Positions 25,975-37,486 of a stretch of DNA of 64,000 nucleotides are shown here, in pieces; position 1 is the stretch's first letter, and every line of letters starts with the position of its first letter. Both the position numbers and the translations under genes were made by a program. Source of the stretch: Podarcis tiliguerta (Eukaryota); the NCBI GenBank assembly GCA_965153285.1, contig OZ229115.1. One strand, given 5' to 3'. The notes beneath the pieces are model-generated. The model was not told the DNA's origin. It searched no databases and worked only from the letters and a program-made list of their open reading frames with translations.

Positions 25975-27321
25975 TGCCGCCCAGTCAGTCTGACATCAAT
26001 ACCAGGGAAGATTCTGGAGCAGATCATTAAGCAAACAGTCTGTGAGCACCTAGAAAGGAATGCTGTGATCACCAATAGTCAGCATGGATTTCTGAAAAAT
26101 AAGTCATGTCAGACTAACCTGATCTCGTTTTTTGACAGAATTACAAGCCTGGTAGATGAAGGGAACACAGTGGATGTAGCCTACCTTGATTTCAGCAAGG
26201 CATTTGACAAGGTGCCCCATGATATTCTTATAAAGAAACTGGTAAAATGCGGTCTTGACTATGCTACCACTCAGTGGATTTGTAACTGGCTGACTGACCG
26301 AACCCAAAGGGTGTTCATCTATGGTTCCTCTTCATCCTGGAGAAGAGTGACTAGTGGGGTGCCACAGGGTTCTGTCTTGGGCCCGGTCTTATTCAACATC
26401 TTTATCAACGACTTGGATGATGGACTCAAGGGCATCCTGATCAAATTTGCAGATGACACCAAACTGGGAGGGGTGGCTAACACCCCAGAGGACAAGATCA
26501 CACTTCAAAACGACATTGACAGATTAGAGAACTGGGCAAAAATAAACAAGATGAATTTTAACAGGGAGAAATGTAAAGTATTGCACTTGGGCAAAAAAAA
26601 ATGAGAGGCACAAATACAAGATGGGTGACACCTGGCTTGAGAGCAGTACATGTGAAAAGGATCTAGGAGTCTTGGTTGACCACAAACTTGACATGAGCCA
26701 ACAGTGTGACACGGCAGCTAAAAAAGCCAATGCAATTCTGAGCTGCATCAATAGGAGTATAGCATCTAGATCAAGGGAAGTAATAGTGCCACTGTATTCT
26801 GCTCTGGTCAGACCTCACCTGGAGTACTGTGTCCAGTTCTGGGCACCACAGTTCAAGAAGGACACTGACAAACTGGAACGTGTCCAGAGGAGGGCAACCA
26901 AAATGGTCAAAGGCCTGGAAACGATGCCTTATGAGGAACGGCTAAGGGAGCTGGGCATGTTTAGCCTGAAGAAGAGGAGGTTAAGGGGTGATATGATAGC
27001 CATGTTCAAATATATAAAAGGATGTCACATAGAGGAGGGAGAAAGGTTGTTTTCTGCTGCTCCAGAGAAGCGGACACGGAGCAATGGATCGAAACTACAA
27101 GAAAGAAGATTCCACCTAAACATTAGGAAGAACTTCCTGACAGTAAGAGCTGTTCGACAGTGGAATTTGCTGCCAAGGAGTGTGGTGGAGTCTCCTTCTT
27201 TGGAGGTCTTTAAGCAGAGGCTTGACAACCATATGTCAGGAGTGCTCTGATGGTGTTTCCTGCTTGGCAGGGGGTTGGACTCGATGGCCCTTGTGGTCTC
27301 TTCCAACTCTATGATTCTATG
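25975..27321 (+). mobile_element. CR1 LINE, 5'-truncated (RT domain, C-terminus and 3' UTR)
   Basis: ORFs 25972..26604 and 26621..27250 with [17 protein letters not shown] and KFADD; tail ttccaactctatgattctatg; one frameshift at an A9 run. Confidence 0.95.
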
Positions 27322-28146
27322 CTTAAAGTTGGTGTGTGCAGTTCATGTTGCAGGAGCTGCTAAAATACACCCCAAAAAAGCATACTGCAATTTAGCAAAA
27401 TTTTCACCCATTGACTTCCCCTTATAAAATGTGGATGTATGCATCCATGTGGAGACAGTACTCATGAATGTCTTAACATACATTCAGATCATGTTACTAC
27501 CCAAAGTGTAGTAAGAGAGAGAGTGAGAGAGAGAGAGAGGTCACACTTGTCTAGCTTGCAATCAGATTCAGACTACATTCGTTGAATTACTGACAAAAGC
27601 AGAAGTCGCACAATAAAAACACTTTGATGAACCAGACACTGTTTGCTCACTCTCTGTATCAGTACTTAAATCTGAGTGCCTATCCTGACGTGGCACTTAT
27701 CTATGAGCAAGACAGAAGTATCAGGAAGCTCTAAATGATGAGTAACTCAGCCACAAGTTTCACTGGGTGTTATTGGGCCAGTCACTATCTCTCATTCTAA
27801 ACTACCCCACAGGGTTTTTGGAATGTTAAAATGAGGAGGGAAGACAACCCCATGCATCCTTGAGCTCCTTGGTGGAAAATAAATGCCGTAACCGATAAGC
27901 AAAATCTTGTTTTCTGTGTAACGCTCGGTGATAGAAACTGGGCAGACCTACAAACAGGATGCCCAAAGCGGGGCTAAAGGTAAAAGGAGTAGCAACACTA
28001 ATGTTATCATTTGATGGATAAGGCAAGAGGACACTTAGGCCAGGAACAGGGAAGGAACATGTGCAACGGTAGATAAAATGCAAGAGATAGGAAGAAAGTG
28101 GGGGAGAATAGGCAGTTATTTGCTATACTGTATGTGTGTGTATGTA

Positions 28147-28185
<39 letters not shown>

Positions 28186-28231
28186 GCAGGTTTTGGTGTC
28201 CTCGGGTGTCTTCCCGTGTAAAAGTTGGGGT

Positions 28232-28280
28232 GTCTAGGCGACGTTTCGACGAGGTCTCACTCGTCATCTTCAGGCTGGTG
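28232..28280 (-). ncRNA. Minimal hammerhead ribozyme motif, sense to the ADA transcript
   Basis: Minus strand CUGAAGA U GACGAG-UGAGAC-CUCGUC GAAA CG UC; core 28273-28240; stem I weak. Confidence 0.6.
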
Positions 28281-28795
28281 CTTTCGGCTTCTTGTTACTG
28301 GAACAGAGCAGGATCTCAGTGTTTGGGTTCCTATAAATACTGTTGAGGAGGTGTGGTGTATAGCCTCCAATGTTCTGGGCAGAGAGGAGGTTCCCAGGCT
28401 AGTGTGCCTTTTCTTCTTTTGTTCTTTAATTACTTGAGGGATATCTTGAGTGATTTCTTGAGTGATTTCCTGAATCCCACTTAGGTGGGTCATTAGGTGT
28501 GGATTAGTTGCTAAAGCCTTCGTGTCTTGAACTCTTGAACTTTGTGAAGAGTTTTTCTGAGAAGATGGCTGTACTGCACTTGGTTGTGCTCTGGCTTGGC
28601 TTCGTGTGTAGGGGCGAGCTGTGGTTTTGTGGCCTGTGCCAGCCAGATCTGTGTAGGGATTGCAGGGGGGTGCAGCATCCGGAGGTGCCACCCTGGTTTG
28701 GCTACTGGATGGTGTCTGTAATTTATCTGTGGAGAGGGTCTGGGTTTGGGTCTGGTGTGGTTGATTGGTGATGGCGTTCTGTGTGCCTCCGAAAG

Positions 28796-28844
28796 CACCA
28801 GCCTGAAGATGACGAGTGAGACCTCGTCGAAACGTCGCCTAGAC
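28796..28844 (+). ncRNA. Minimal hammerhead ribozyme motif, inverted copy
   Basis: CTGAAGA at 28803-28809, 6-bp stem II, GAAA at 28829-28832, GTC ending 28836. Confidence 0.6.
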
Positions 28845-29469
28845 ACCCCAACTTTTACACGGGAAGACACCCGAGGACACCAAAACCTGCATTCCTGTAC
28901 CCGTGAAAATCTACGAAAGCATATATATATATATATATATATAAAATTTCTATTCCGTCGTTTTCCCAGGGGAGCCTAGGTATATCAGGCAGGAGCAGTA
29001 AGGCAGGTAACGTTAAAGGTAATAGGGTGATGGGAGGGAGAGGCAGGAATTGAAAGGGAACTGGGGTCTTGGGAGTGGGCTGCAAATAAAGTGGGGAAAG
29101 CCGAAATAAAAAGAGGTGGTTATACAGAGGTAAGCGAAGGGGGCAGATAATAATAATGATAATAATAATTTTATTATTTATACCCCGCCCACCTGGTTGG
29201 GGTTTCCCCAGATAAGGCAGAGCGGGGAAGCCCACCTACCTTTATAAAGCAGCAAATAGTAACGAAACAACAAAATACCACCGGGGTTTTTTTGGGGGGG
29301 GGGAGTTGGGTCATCTGAGACCCCGTTTCTGGGAACGGGTGTCTGAGGGAGAGGTGAAGCGGGCACCTCCCCGAGGCGTTAAAGAGGCAAGAAAAACAGA
29401 AATAACGTTGAGGGGGAAATGAAGGTGGGGAGGAGTTGCTGGGGCAGAGCCAGAAGGGCAGGAGAGGGA

Positions 29470-30110
29470 AGCACGGGCAGGGATCCTCCCGCCAGGCGCG
29501 CTTCCCGGGGAGTAAGTCCCGCTGAGGCACCGCGGGGCTTCCTGCCGAGCAAGCGCCCTTGGCGAAGCCGGCAGGTCCGCGGAGGTGCCTGGGCAGGGCG
29601 AGCCCGGTGGCGGGCGGTCGCTCCCTCAGCGGCCCGGGAAAGCCTCTTGAGCTGACGGCGAGCTCTGGGACGCCCAGCTTTCTCACCTTGGGCTTGTCGA
29701 AAACCCGCGGGCTGTTCTCCATGCTGCTGCCTCCTCCTGCTCCTCCGCCAGTCCGGGCTTCAGTGGCCGCCGGCCCGGCCTGTTGCTCTCCTGCAGGGCT
29801 GGCTCCGCCCAGCGGTCTCTTCTGGGACCGGCCCGCCCGGTGTGTGAGGCTGCGAGAAGGGCGGCTGAGGCGACGGGGAAAAAACAACAACCCTTCCCTG
29901 CCAGTAACCGACGCTGCCGGTCGCGGCCAGGGCTGTCAGGGCTTCGAGGGTTACGAAGCCGGCTCATCTCTGACACACATACGGAGTTTTTTCCCCCGTC
30001 CCCTACCCTCACCAACAACACCTCTACGGTTCAGTGCAGGTTATGAATGCCCGACAGCAGGGCCGGCCCAAGGCATTTTGGCGCCACAAAATGGCGCCCC
30101 CATTCTACCA
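29470..30110 (-). promoter_or_regulatory. ADA CpG-island promoter with GC boxes, no obvious TATA
   Basis: Dense CpG and GC around exon 1; Sp1-type boxes CCGCCC at about 29805-29810 and 29833-29838, GGGCGG at 29859-29864. Confidence 0.85.
29687..29722 (-). CDS. ADA: Adenosine deaminase coding exon 1 (MENSPRVFDKPK)
   Basis: ATG at 29722-29720 inside a CpG island; FDKPK matches the vertebrate ADA N-terminus; donor AAG|GTGAGA; 36 nt. Confidence 0.93.
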
Positions 30111-30250
30111 GGCAAGAAAGGGTGAATGAAGAACAGCTACACCAGCGACCAGGAGGGACTAAAGATCTACATCAGGATCTCCTGCCCCTGCGGGTCCTGG
30201 CGCCTGAGGCGGTCTCCTCACCTTGCCTTTGCAAGGGTGGGCAGGCCCTG
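30058..30250. mobile_element. Non-autonomous hAT-like element at the edge of the ADA promoter
   Basis: TIR CAGGGCCGGCCC / GGGCAGGCCCTG, degenerate 8-bp TSD; homolog at about 49165-49496. Confidence 0.7.
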
Positions 30251-30456
30251 CCAGAGAGGCACACAAAATCAGGTTAATGCTCCCGCCACCCTTGAGCATG
30301 TGCGGAGTTCGGTTAGGAACATGCAAGCCTGCCTTAAGACCTTAGCTCAGGATTGTCTGCACTGACTGGCAGCAGCAGCTCGTCGGGGTCGGGGGTCTCT
30401 CCTAGCCTCATATGGAACAGACTTGACTGATTGGTTGATTGATTGTTATCCATGTA

Positions 30457-30654
30457 CAGTGGATGCTTGGGTTGCGAACGTGATCCTTGCGGGATGCACG
30501 TTCGCAACCCGCAGTGGCACGTCTGCACACGTGTGTGTTGCGATTTGGCGCATCTGCCGAAACATGGAAGTAACCCGTTCCGGTACTTCCGGGTTTCGGT
30601 GCATCTGTAACCTGAAAAAACAACCTGAAGCGTCTGTAACCCAAGGTATGACAG
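30457..30654 (-). mobile_element. Tc1/mariner MITE, family 2
   Basis: Reverse copy of 4573-4780, TA-flanked. Confidence 0.8.
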
Positions 30655-30794
30655 TATTGCTTGATTGCAGGGAAAAAAACCCCAAAGAAGTTTACAAAAT
30701 AAATAAATAAATAATAAATTTACAACTGTAATTTGTAAAATTGGGATAGCTCAGTTGGCAGAGCAAGAGACTCATAATAATAATATTGTTTATC

Positions 30795-31510
30795 TCTTTG
30801 ACCTCTTGGGAAGTACTGCTAAGAAGGCCCTCTGCCTGGTTCTCTAATGTCTTGCAGTGAGGGAACCGCCAGAAGAATGGCCTCAGTGTCTAGGCTGAAC
30901 AATGGCGTGAAGACGCTCCTCCACAATATATACAGGGTGAAGCCGTTTAGGGCTTTAAGGGTCAGCACCAGCACTTTGAATTGTGCTCGGAAATTTACTA
31001 GGAGTCAATGTAGGTCTTTCAGGACTGGTGTTATGCTGTCCCGGCTGCCACTCCAAGTCACCAGTCTAGCAGCTGCTTTCTGGATTAATTGTAGTTTCCG
31101 AGTCACCTTCAAAGGTAGCCCCACACAGAGCGCATTGCAGTAGTCCAAGCAGGAGATAACTAGAGCATGCACCACTCTGGTGAGACAGTCTGCGGGCAGG
31201 AAGAGTCTCAGCCTGCGTACTAGATGGAACTGGTAAACAGCCATCCTGGACACAGACTTGACCTGTACCTCCATGGACAGCTGTGAGTCCAAAATGACCC
31301 CCAGGCTGTGCACCTGGCCCTTTAGGGGCACAGTTACCCCATTCAAGACCAGGGAGTCCACCCCACCTGCCCGCCCTCTTCCCCCAAAACAGTACTTCCG
31401 TCTTGTCAGGATTCAACCTCAATCCATTAACTGCCATCCACCCTCCAGTCGCCTCTAAACAATTACATAGGGCATTCATCACCATCAATGGTTCCAATTT
31501 AAATGAGCCA
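30795..31510 (-). mobile_element. L2-clade LINE ORF2 C-terminal fragment, degraded
   Basis: LRLNPDKTEVL and LVISCLDYCNALCVGLPLKVTRKLQLIQKAAARLV in overlapping frames. Confidence 0.85.
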
Positions 31511-34500
31511 CATGACCCCTGTCTGAAAAACAGGTGGCATTCCTTTCTGCAATAGGTAAGGAAGCTTAAAACGGAACTCCTATAACTGTGTTAATACTGT
31601 CTTAGATCCAAAACAAGTTGTACATGAGTTCATATAGAAGAAAAGACTGTAAGATACTGATGCCACTGACAACATTCTGCAAATATCACCTGCCATGATA
31701 CTAGATGAACAGGTTTGAACTAATCTCTGTACACAAATGTACAAAGAGGTATTTGACTTAGGTTTGATGCTGCACATTCAACAACACAAAAAGTAGTAGT
31801 TACAATTTAAGTGAGCGCTAAAAATGTCAAGCTTGATTAATTCTTGATTTATTTATTTTTTGATGGAAACCCTTATATGGGATTTTGTATATAAAATTTT
31901 CCTCGGCTCTTCTTGCTGGCCCATGTAGGACTAGCATGGATAGTTGGCCCCTGTGAATATTTGACGTTTTCTCCCCTTACGGCTTTGATCTATGGGCTAC
32001 CACTAAAACGAGACTGCATTTTAAACTGTATTCTAATTTATATTTTAATCAACTGTTTTATTTTTTGTTTTGTTTTTAATGTTTTTACTGTATTTATATT
32101 CGGTGTTAGCTGCCCTGAGCCCAGTCTTGGCCGGGGAGGGCGGAGTATAAATAAATTATTATTATTATTATTATTATTACCTACATAGTAGTTTGTTTCT
32201 GATGTTTAACATAGGGCATTTGAATAAAACTAAACTTCAGATTAGTTCAAATTATTAAAAGCTTTTTCTGAGTTTTCTCTGCTAAATGTAAATATCCAAT
32301 TTTCTAGATTTGTTCCTCGTTTTCAAGATTTAAGATGAGATCCCCACCCCCCGCAAATGTCAGGAATACAAGTTAGACAAATAATACAAAGACCGTGTTC
32401 ATACATCGCATCCTTGGTCCAGCAAATTATGATCAGGAATGTATCACATGCAGTATACTCCCTATGATTCCTTTCCTTTCTTCCCTTGTAAACTCAGATA
32501 AACTTCAGACTTTCAGGTTTGTTAAACTACAGTTTAATTACAGTTTCTGAATGATGGAACTTTGGTTTGAGCATGCCGGTAGTTTACAAACCAGAATTGC
32601 AAAGAGCAGTTAGATCTATGGATGAGTTTCGTGTAATTGGATGGGGTTGCACTCTCCGTGAAGGAGCGGGTTTGCAGTTTGGGGATGCTTCTGAATCCAG
32701 CTCTGTCACTGGAGGCTCAGGTAGCCTCAGTGGCTAGAAGGGTCTTTTACCAACTATGACTTGCTCAGCAGCTACAGCCATTCCTGGAGCCTGCATGCAC
32801 ATTCAACTGCCAAACAGCATCTGTGTCACCCAGGGGATCACAGCTGCAGAGATGAGAAAAGGAAGGTTATTCCATTGTCTGGAGAGGTCATTTTCTGGTT
32901 CACATGGAGAAATGGTTTTCAATGGAACACAGTGGTGAAAGTGCACAGCTATATTGAGGCAGCACCGGGTGTTGAAACTTTGCGCCCCTAACAGTTTTGC
33001 ACCCAGGGCAACTGCCCTTGTGTGTCCCCCTCCGCTACGCCACTGACTGTACAGAACCTACATCTGCTTTATTTCAAGGCCCCTTTTCAAAGTGACCCCA
33101 CTGAGTAAAGGTGTGTACTTTGGAAACAAAATTGTTTGGGGAAGCCATGGACAAGAAGGGTAAAAGCAGGGAGATAGAGGGAAAGGGTCAAAAGCATACC
33201 TGCCCATTCGATCTCTAACATTAAGAATTTATAACAGGATTACCACTGTGAAGATCTGAGATAGGAGGCTGGCTCCAATTGAAGATGGTAGTTTGGTCCT
33301 AGGCTTTAAAAAAATCATTACCATTTGAATTGGGCCCAAAAGCAAATAGGGAGCCAGCCAATGAAACTGATGCAACGTTAGTGTTATGTGATTGCTGTAC
33401 CAGATTCTAGCCGGCACTTTTGCTGCTGCATTTTGTACCAGCATAAATTTTCCAGTTCTTTCAAAGGCAGCCTTGCACAGAGCTCAGTGTAGACTTGGGC
33501 AGGGTTTTAACTTGAGTAGCAGGAAGTAATAGAGCTATAGTTTTAAGATGTTATTTTTGTTTTGCATTTATCAGCTATTGTTTTATATTATAATGCTGAC
33601 TGGTGTTATTTTTAAATTGAGTTAGTGTATCTAGCCTTGCTTTGAGGGACAGACTAAGCATTTTTTTAAAAAAATTAAATGAATACAAATTAGCAGCTGC
33701 CATTTTAACAAGAAGTTCAAAAACGAAAGAAATTTGGTTACACATTTCTCATCTAGCCTAGTCTGTATTTTGAATTATTTCCTTCGTTAATGGTTTTGGA
33801 TGGTGTTTCAGGCTCACAAGGATGTCAGTGCTTTAATAATAAATGATAACAAAAATAGTTATAAAAATACACACATCCAATTTTGTGTTGAACACATTGG
33901 CATTTTTGTTTTTGTTGATGTCGCAATTGCTGGGGGGGTGTGGATCTCGAAGGGAAGCCTTATTAGTCTGTTGCAGAGCGTACAAGTCCTGTATTAGGGT
34001 TGGTGTCACCTCTGTTTTACAGATGATATGCCTTTGTTTGAGGAACTGTCAGATAACAGCCCTTTATCTGAAGGCATTCTCTGTTTGAAGGGATGCCTAG
34101 TAGTCCATGTCCAATTTAAAGATTAAAGAAACACCAGAAGAGAGAGCGGAAGGGACCTTGAAGTTATCTGTCAGCAATTGTACCTTCAATTTGTACCTGG
34201 GCAGCAGGCTAAGCAGGCACGAAGGTCTTCCACACTACAGAGAGATGTGTTTCCTTTTAAATTATAGCAACAATAATGTGCAGTTTTTATGCAAGTTTGT
34301 GCTTGCTTTTCCCTTTCCTTTCCTCTCCCCACCCCCTTTTTTGAGGGTGGGGGTGCATAAGTGACAGCTCTACCTGCAGCACCATGAAGATCTACACATC
34401 CACTGTGGCATAAGCCTTTGCGGGGCCCAATTTGTCAAATGAAAGGTGCAGCCATTCTGGAGAGTGTGCTCTAGGACTAAATGTGTGCATGGCTGCTTTG

Positions 34501-36450
34501 TAGCTTTTGTCATCTGACTAAGCTTTTAACCTTGTTGTATGGGGCGCTTGTATCTAATTCTTGTGAATGCTTAAAACAAACTCTTGTGAAACCTGTTTAT
34601 AGTTCACAGATGGCTGATGACTGATGGTGCATAGGGCAGGCAGGGACAGGCAGGTTCCGGCAAAGCTGGGTAAGCAGATGTGGTTTCAGTTTGCCTTTTG
34701 GGGGAAACCACAAGTGGGCACTGAAAGGTCGACAAGGAAGTTCCTAGATTTTTTGACATGATTAACTTAAAGAGTTCCTATGGTGGTTTTTTCCATGCTG
34801 CTTCAGCTGCACTGCTTCAGCATGCTGTGCATAGTATTACAAACTGCCAAACCACACTATTTTGTATCTCCTTTATGATTCTACACCCACAGCAAGAAAC
34901 GCTACATCGGCGTTGTTCATTTTGCCTATTTGGTTCTTGTCATTCAAATAGTGAGTAGTGATTCTAGTCGCTAGATGCTTCTCAAGCTTGCTGTCTTTTT
35001 CAGTGGAGCATAAATGCCTATTGGCCTGCAATTCTATACACACTTTCCAGGGAACAAAGCCCCATTGAACACATGGAACATACTTCTGAATAGGCACATG
35101 TGGTATTGTAGTAATAGGGCAGGGATCCCAAATCATTTTGAACCTGGGAGCACATTTGGAAATCTAAGAAATTGTAATGTGTACCACAAAATAGCCATCT
35201 CACTGAAGAAAAGGTGGCTCAGTACCCGTCTTCAAACAACAACAACAGGGAACACACCTATGCAGACCCTAAAACAAATAATATACAGATAAGAAAAAAA
35301 AAAACAGGCCACCATCCCCAAACAACCAAGTGAACAATAAACCCTCATAGATGGGCACCTAGGAGGGTGTCTGGGAGTGCCACGACATACCTGCCAAGTG
35401 CCTGGAAAAAACAGGACATCCCATTTTCTCATGTGAGATCATGGCAGCCATTTGGGTGTTGCGATCTTGCACTGTGCTCTTGTCCCGAAAAAGTGCTTTG
35501 GGGGGGGTATGGGAGAGTGAGGGGCAGATCACATTACTCACCTGGGAACGCATCCTGGAAGACATGCGTCCCAGTTTTGGGTCTCCAAAAGTTGGATGGT
35601 TTGCCATGGTCCCACCATTGCCACCTTGGGGACCCCAGCACTAGCGAATTAGCTACCCAAGAGAAGAATCAAATTTACACTTTTGTAGATTAGAAGTCAT
35701 GTTCTTGAAGTAAAAAGATTGCCTTTCCATTATGCTGTGCATTTGGCTCCAATTGCTCTCTCCTTCTTCACTGAGTGAGTAATCATTGTCCTGCTGCATT
35801 TATTTATTTATGCAGGCCTATGCACATGATTGGAGCATAAGCAAATAATGAACAGGTTCCTACTGACTCTGAGTAATTTACAACCTGCATTTTAACCGTG
35901 GTCAGGAAAGAGACAGCAAAAGGAAGGGAAGAAAAAAAGAGCAATAAAGGGTAAATGTAATCAAATGTGCATGCATATACTTAGGTACACATACTTAGAT
36001 CTGCTAAGTGCTATCATACTTCCTACTTTACTTCCAGGCTTCGTTCTGCCCATCTCTTTTTCAAACACAAGCCCAGAAACATGCACTGAGTCTCTTACAC
36101 ACTTCTAGTCATGTACATTTATTTGCTTTTCACCTACCTGATCACAGAATCCTGCCACCCACTGAAAACCCAAACCACTTTATCCCATGGCAGCCACAAA
36201 TGCTTTCAAGTAGCACCTATAGAGAAACTATAAACCTATAGGGACCTATAAATATGCTTGCAAATGTGCCTTATTAATTGCTCACCGTGACTATGTAAGT
36301 AATCGTCACTGCCTTGTTGTTATTGCATTGTATTTCTCTGACCTCACTCTAATACTTCTCCCCACTACAACACAGTAACAGAAGCTACCCTTCTGAAATT
36401 CATACAGAAATGGTGTTGGGAGGTAGAGGGGGGCTCCTCTGAGGATTGTT

Positions 36451-36700
36451 ACAGTGTGGTGTAGTGGTTAAGAGCGGTAGTCTCATAATCTGGGGAACCG
36501 GGTTCGCGTCTCCGCTCCTCCACATGCAGCTGCTGGGTGACCTTGGGCTAGTCACACTTCTTTGAAGTCTCTCAGCCCCACTCACCTCACAGTGTTTGTT
36601 GTGGGGGAGGAAGGGAAAGGAGAATGTTAGCCGCTTTGAGACTCCTTAAAGGGAGTGAAAGGTGGGATATCAAATCCAAACTCTTCTTCTTCTTCTTCTT
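36451..36700 (+). mobile_element. Squam3-like (Ther1/MIR-related) tRNA SINE
   Basis: Box A (GTGGTGTAGTGG) and box B (GGTTCGCGTCTCC), MIR-like core, (CTT)n tail. Confidence 0.8.
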
Positions 36701-36865
36701 TTACTCCAAGGAAGCAAACTGATGGATGCGAAAGTGTGAAGTGTGCCTCTAATTTTAATTTAAAATAGAAACCCGTTTGGGAAGTGCTGGTCTAATGATC
36801 TGTGATGCTAACATTACAAAATATATACCACAGTACGACACACCTTGATACAAGACACTCCAGAA

Positions 36866-37149
36866 CAGGGTTGGTCAATGTGGTGCCCTCCCGATGTTGC
36901 TGGACTATATAACTCTCAACATCTTTGACCATAGGCTATGCTAGCTGAGGCTGATGGTAGTTGGAATCCAACAGAACCTGGATGCCAACATATTCATTAT
37001 GCTTGCTCTAGAACCGGTTCACAACCTGTGGGTCCTCAGATGTTGTAGGACTACAACTCCCATCATCCCTGAGCTCTGGCCTTGCTAGCTAGGGGTGATG
37101 GGAGTTGTAGTTCAACAACATCTGGGGACCCACAGGTTGAGAAAGGCTG
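36866..37149. mobile_element. Two hAT MITEs in tandem
   Basis: Target 8-mer ctccagaa / ctctagaa / ctctagaa at 36858, 37006 and 37150. Confidence 0.8.
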
Positions 37150-37350
37150 CTCTAGAAGCATTCTTCAGGGTGTGGTACGGGCTTCTCCTTGGTTGGTAGA
37201 TGGCTAACTCTGCAAGGGTAATTGCATATGTCTATGACAGTGCAAAAACAAAAAAACTGATATGCCTTTCCCAGTAGCCTAGCAGAGAAGGAAGCTGTAT
37301 GGACCAATAGGGCTAGTATGGTTTAGTAATTAAGAGTTGTTGGTATAGGA

Positions 37351-37486
37351 CAGGCATAGGCAAACTCGGCCCTCCAGATGTTTTGGGACTACAACTCCCA
37401 TCATCCCTAGCTAACAGGACCAGTGGCCAGGGATGATGGGAATTGTAGTCCCAAAACATCTGGCGGGCCGAGTTTGCCTATGCCTA
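37351..37486. mobile_element. Palindromic hAT MITE inside a MIR/Ther1-like SINE
   Basis: Near-perfect hairpin; TSD gtatagga / gcctagga. Confidence 0.85.

Larger units (their letters stand above)
28184..28920 (-). mobile_element. Penelope-like element (PLE) remnant with inverted pseudo-LTR ends, flanked by (TA)n
   Basis: Perfect 104-bp inverted repeat 28184-28287 / 28789-28892; each arm has CTGAAGA-T-stem-GAAACGTC typical of PLE pLTRs; (TA)n at 28161-28185 and 28921-28942. Confidence 0.8.

Noticed and set aside
28257-28870. 144-aa and 119-aa ORFs inside the PLE remnant
   Set aside because: No RT or GIY-YIG motifs are visible; this is probably the low-complexity terminal region of the element, not a gene.
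29174-29890. 238-aa ORF spanning ADA exon 1, suggesting an N-terminal extension
   Set aside because: It starts at a TTG and reads through the exon 1 donor into the intron. Long open frames are expected in GC-rich islands; only MENSPRVFDKPK matches ADA.
29559-30125. 188-aa plus-strand ORF over the promoter
   Set aside because: Low-complexity Pro/Gly/Arg CpG-island artefact with no recognisable domain.
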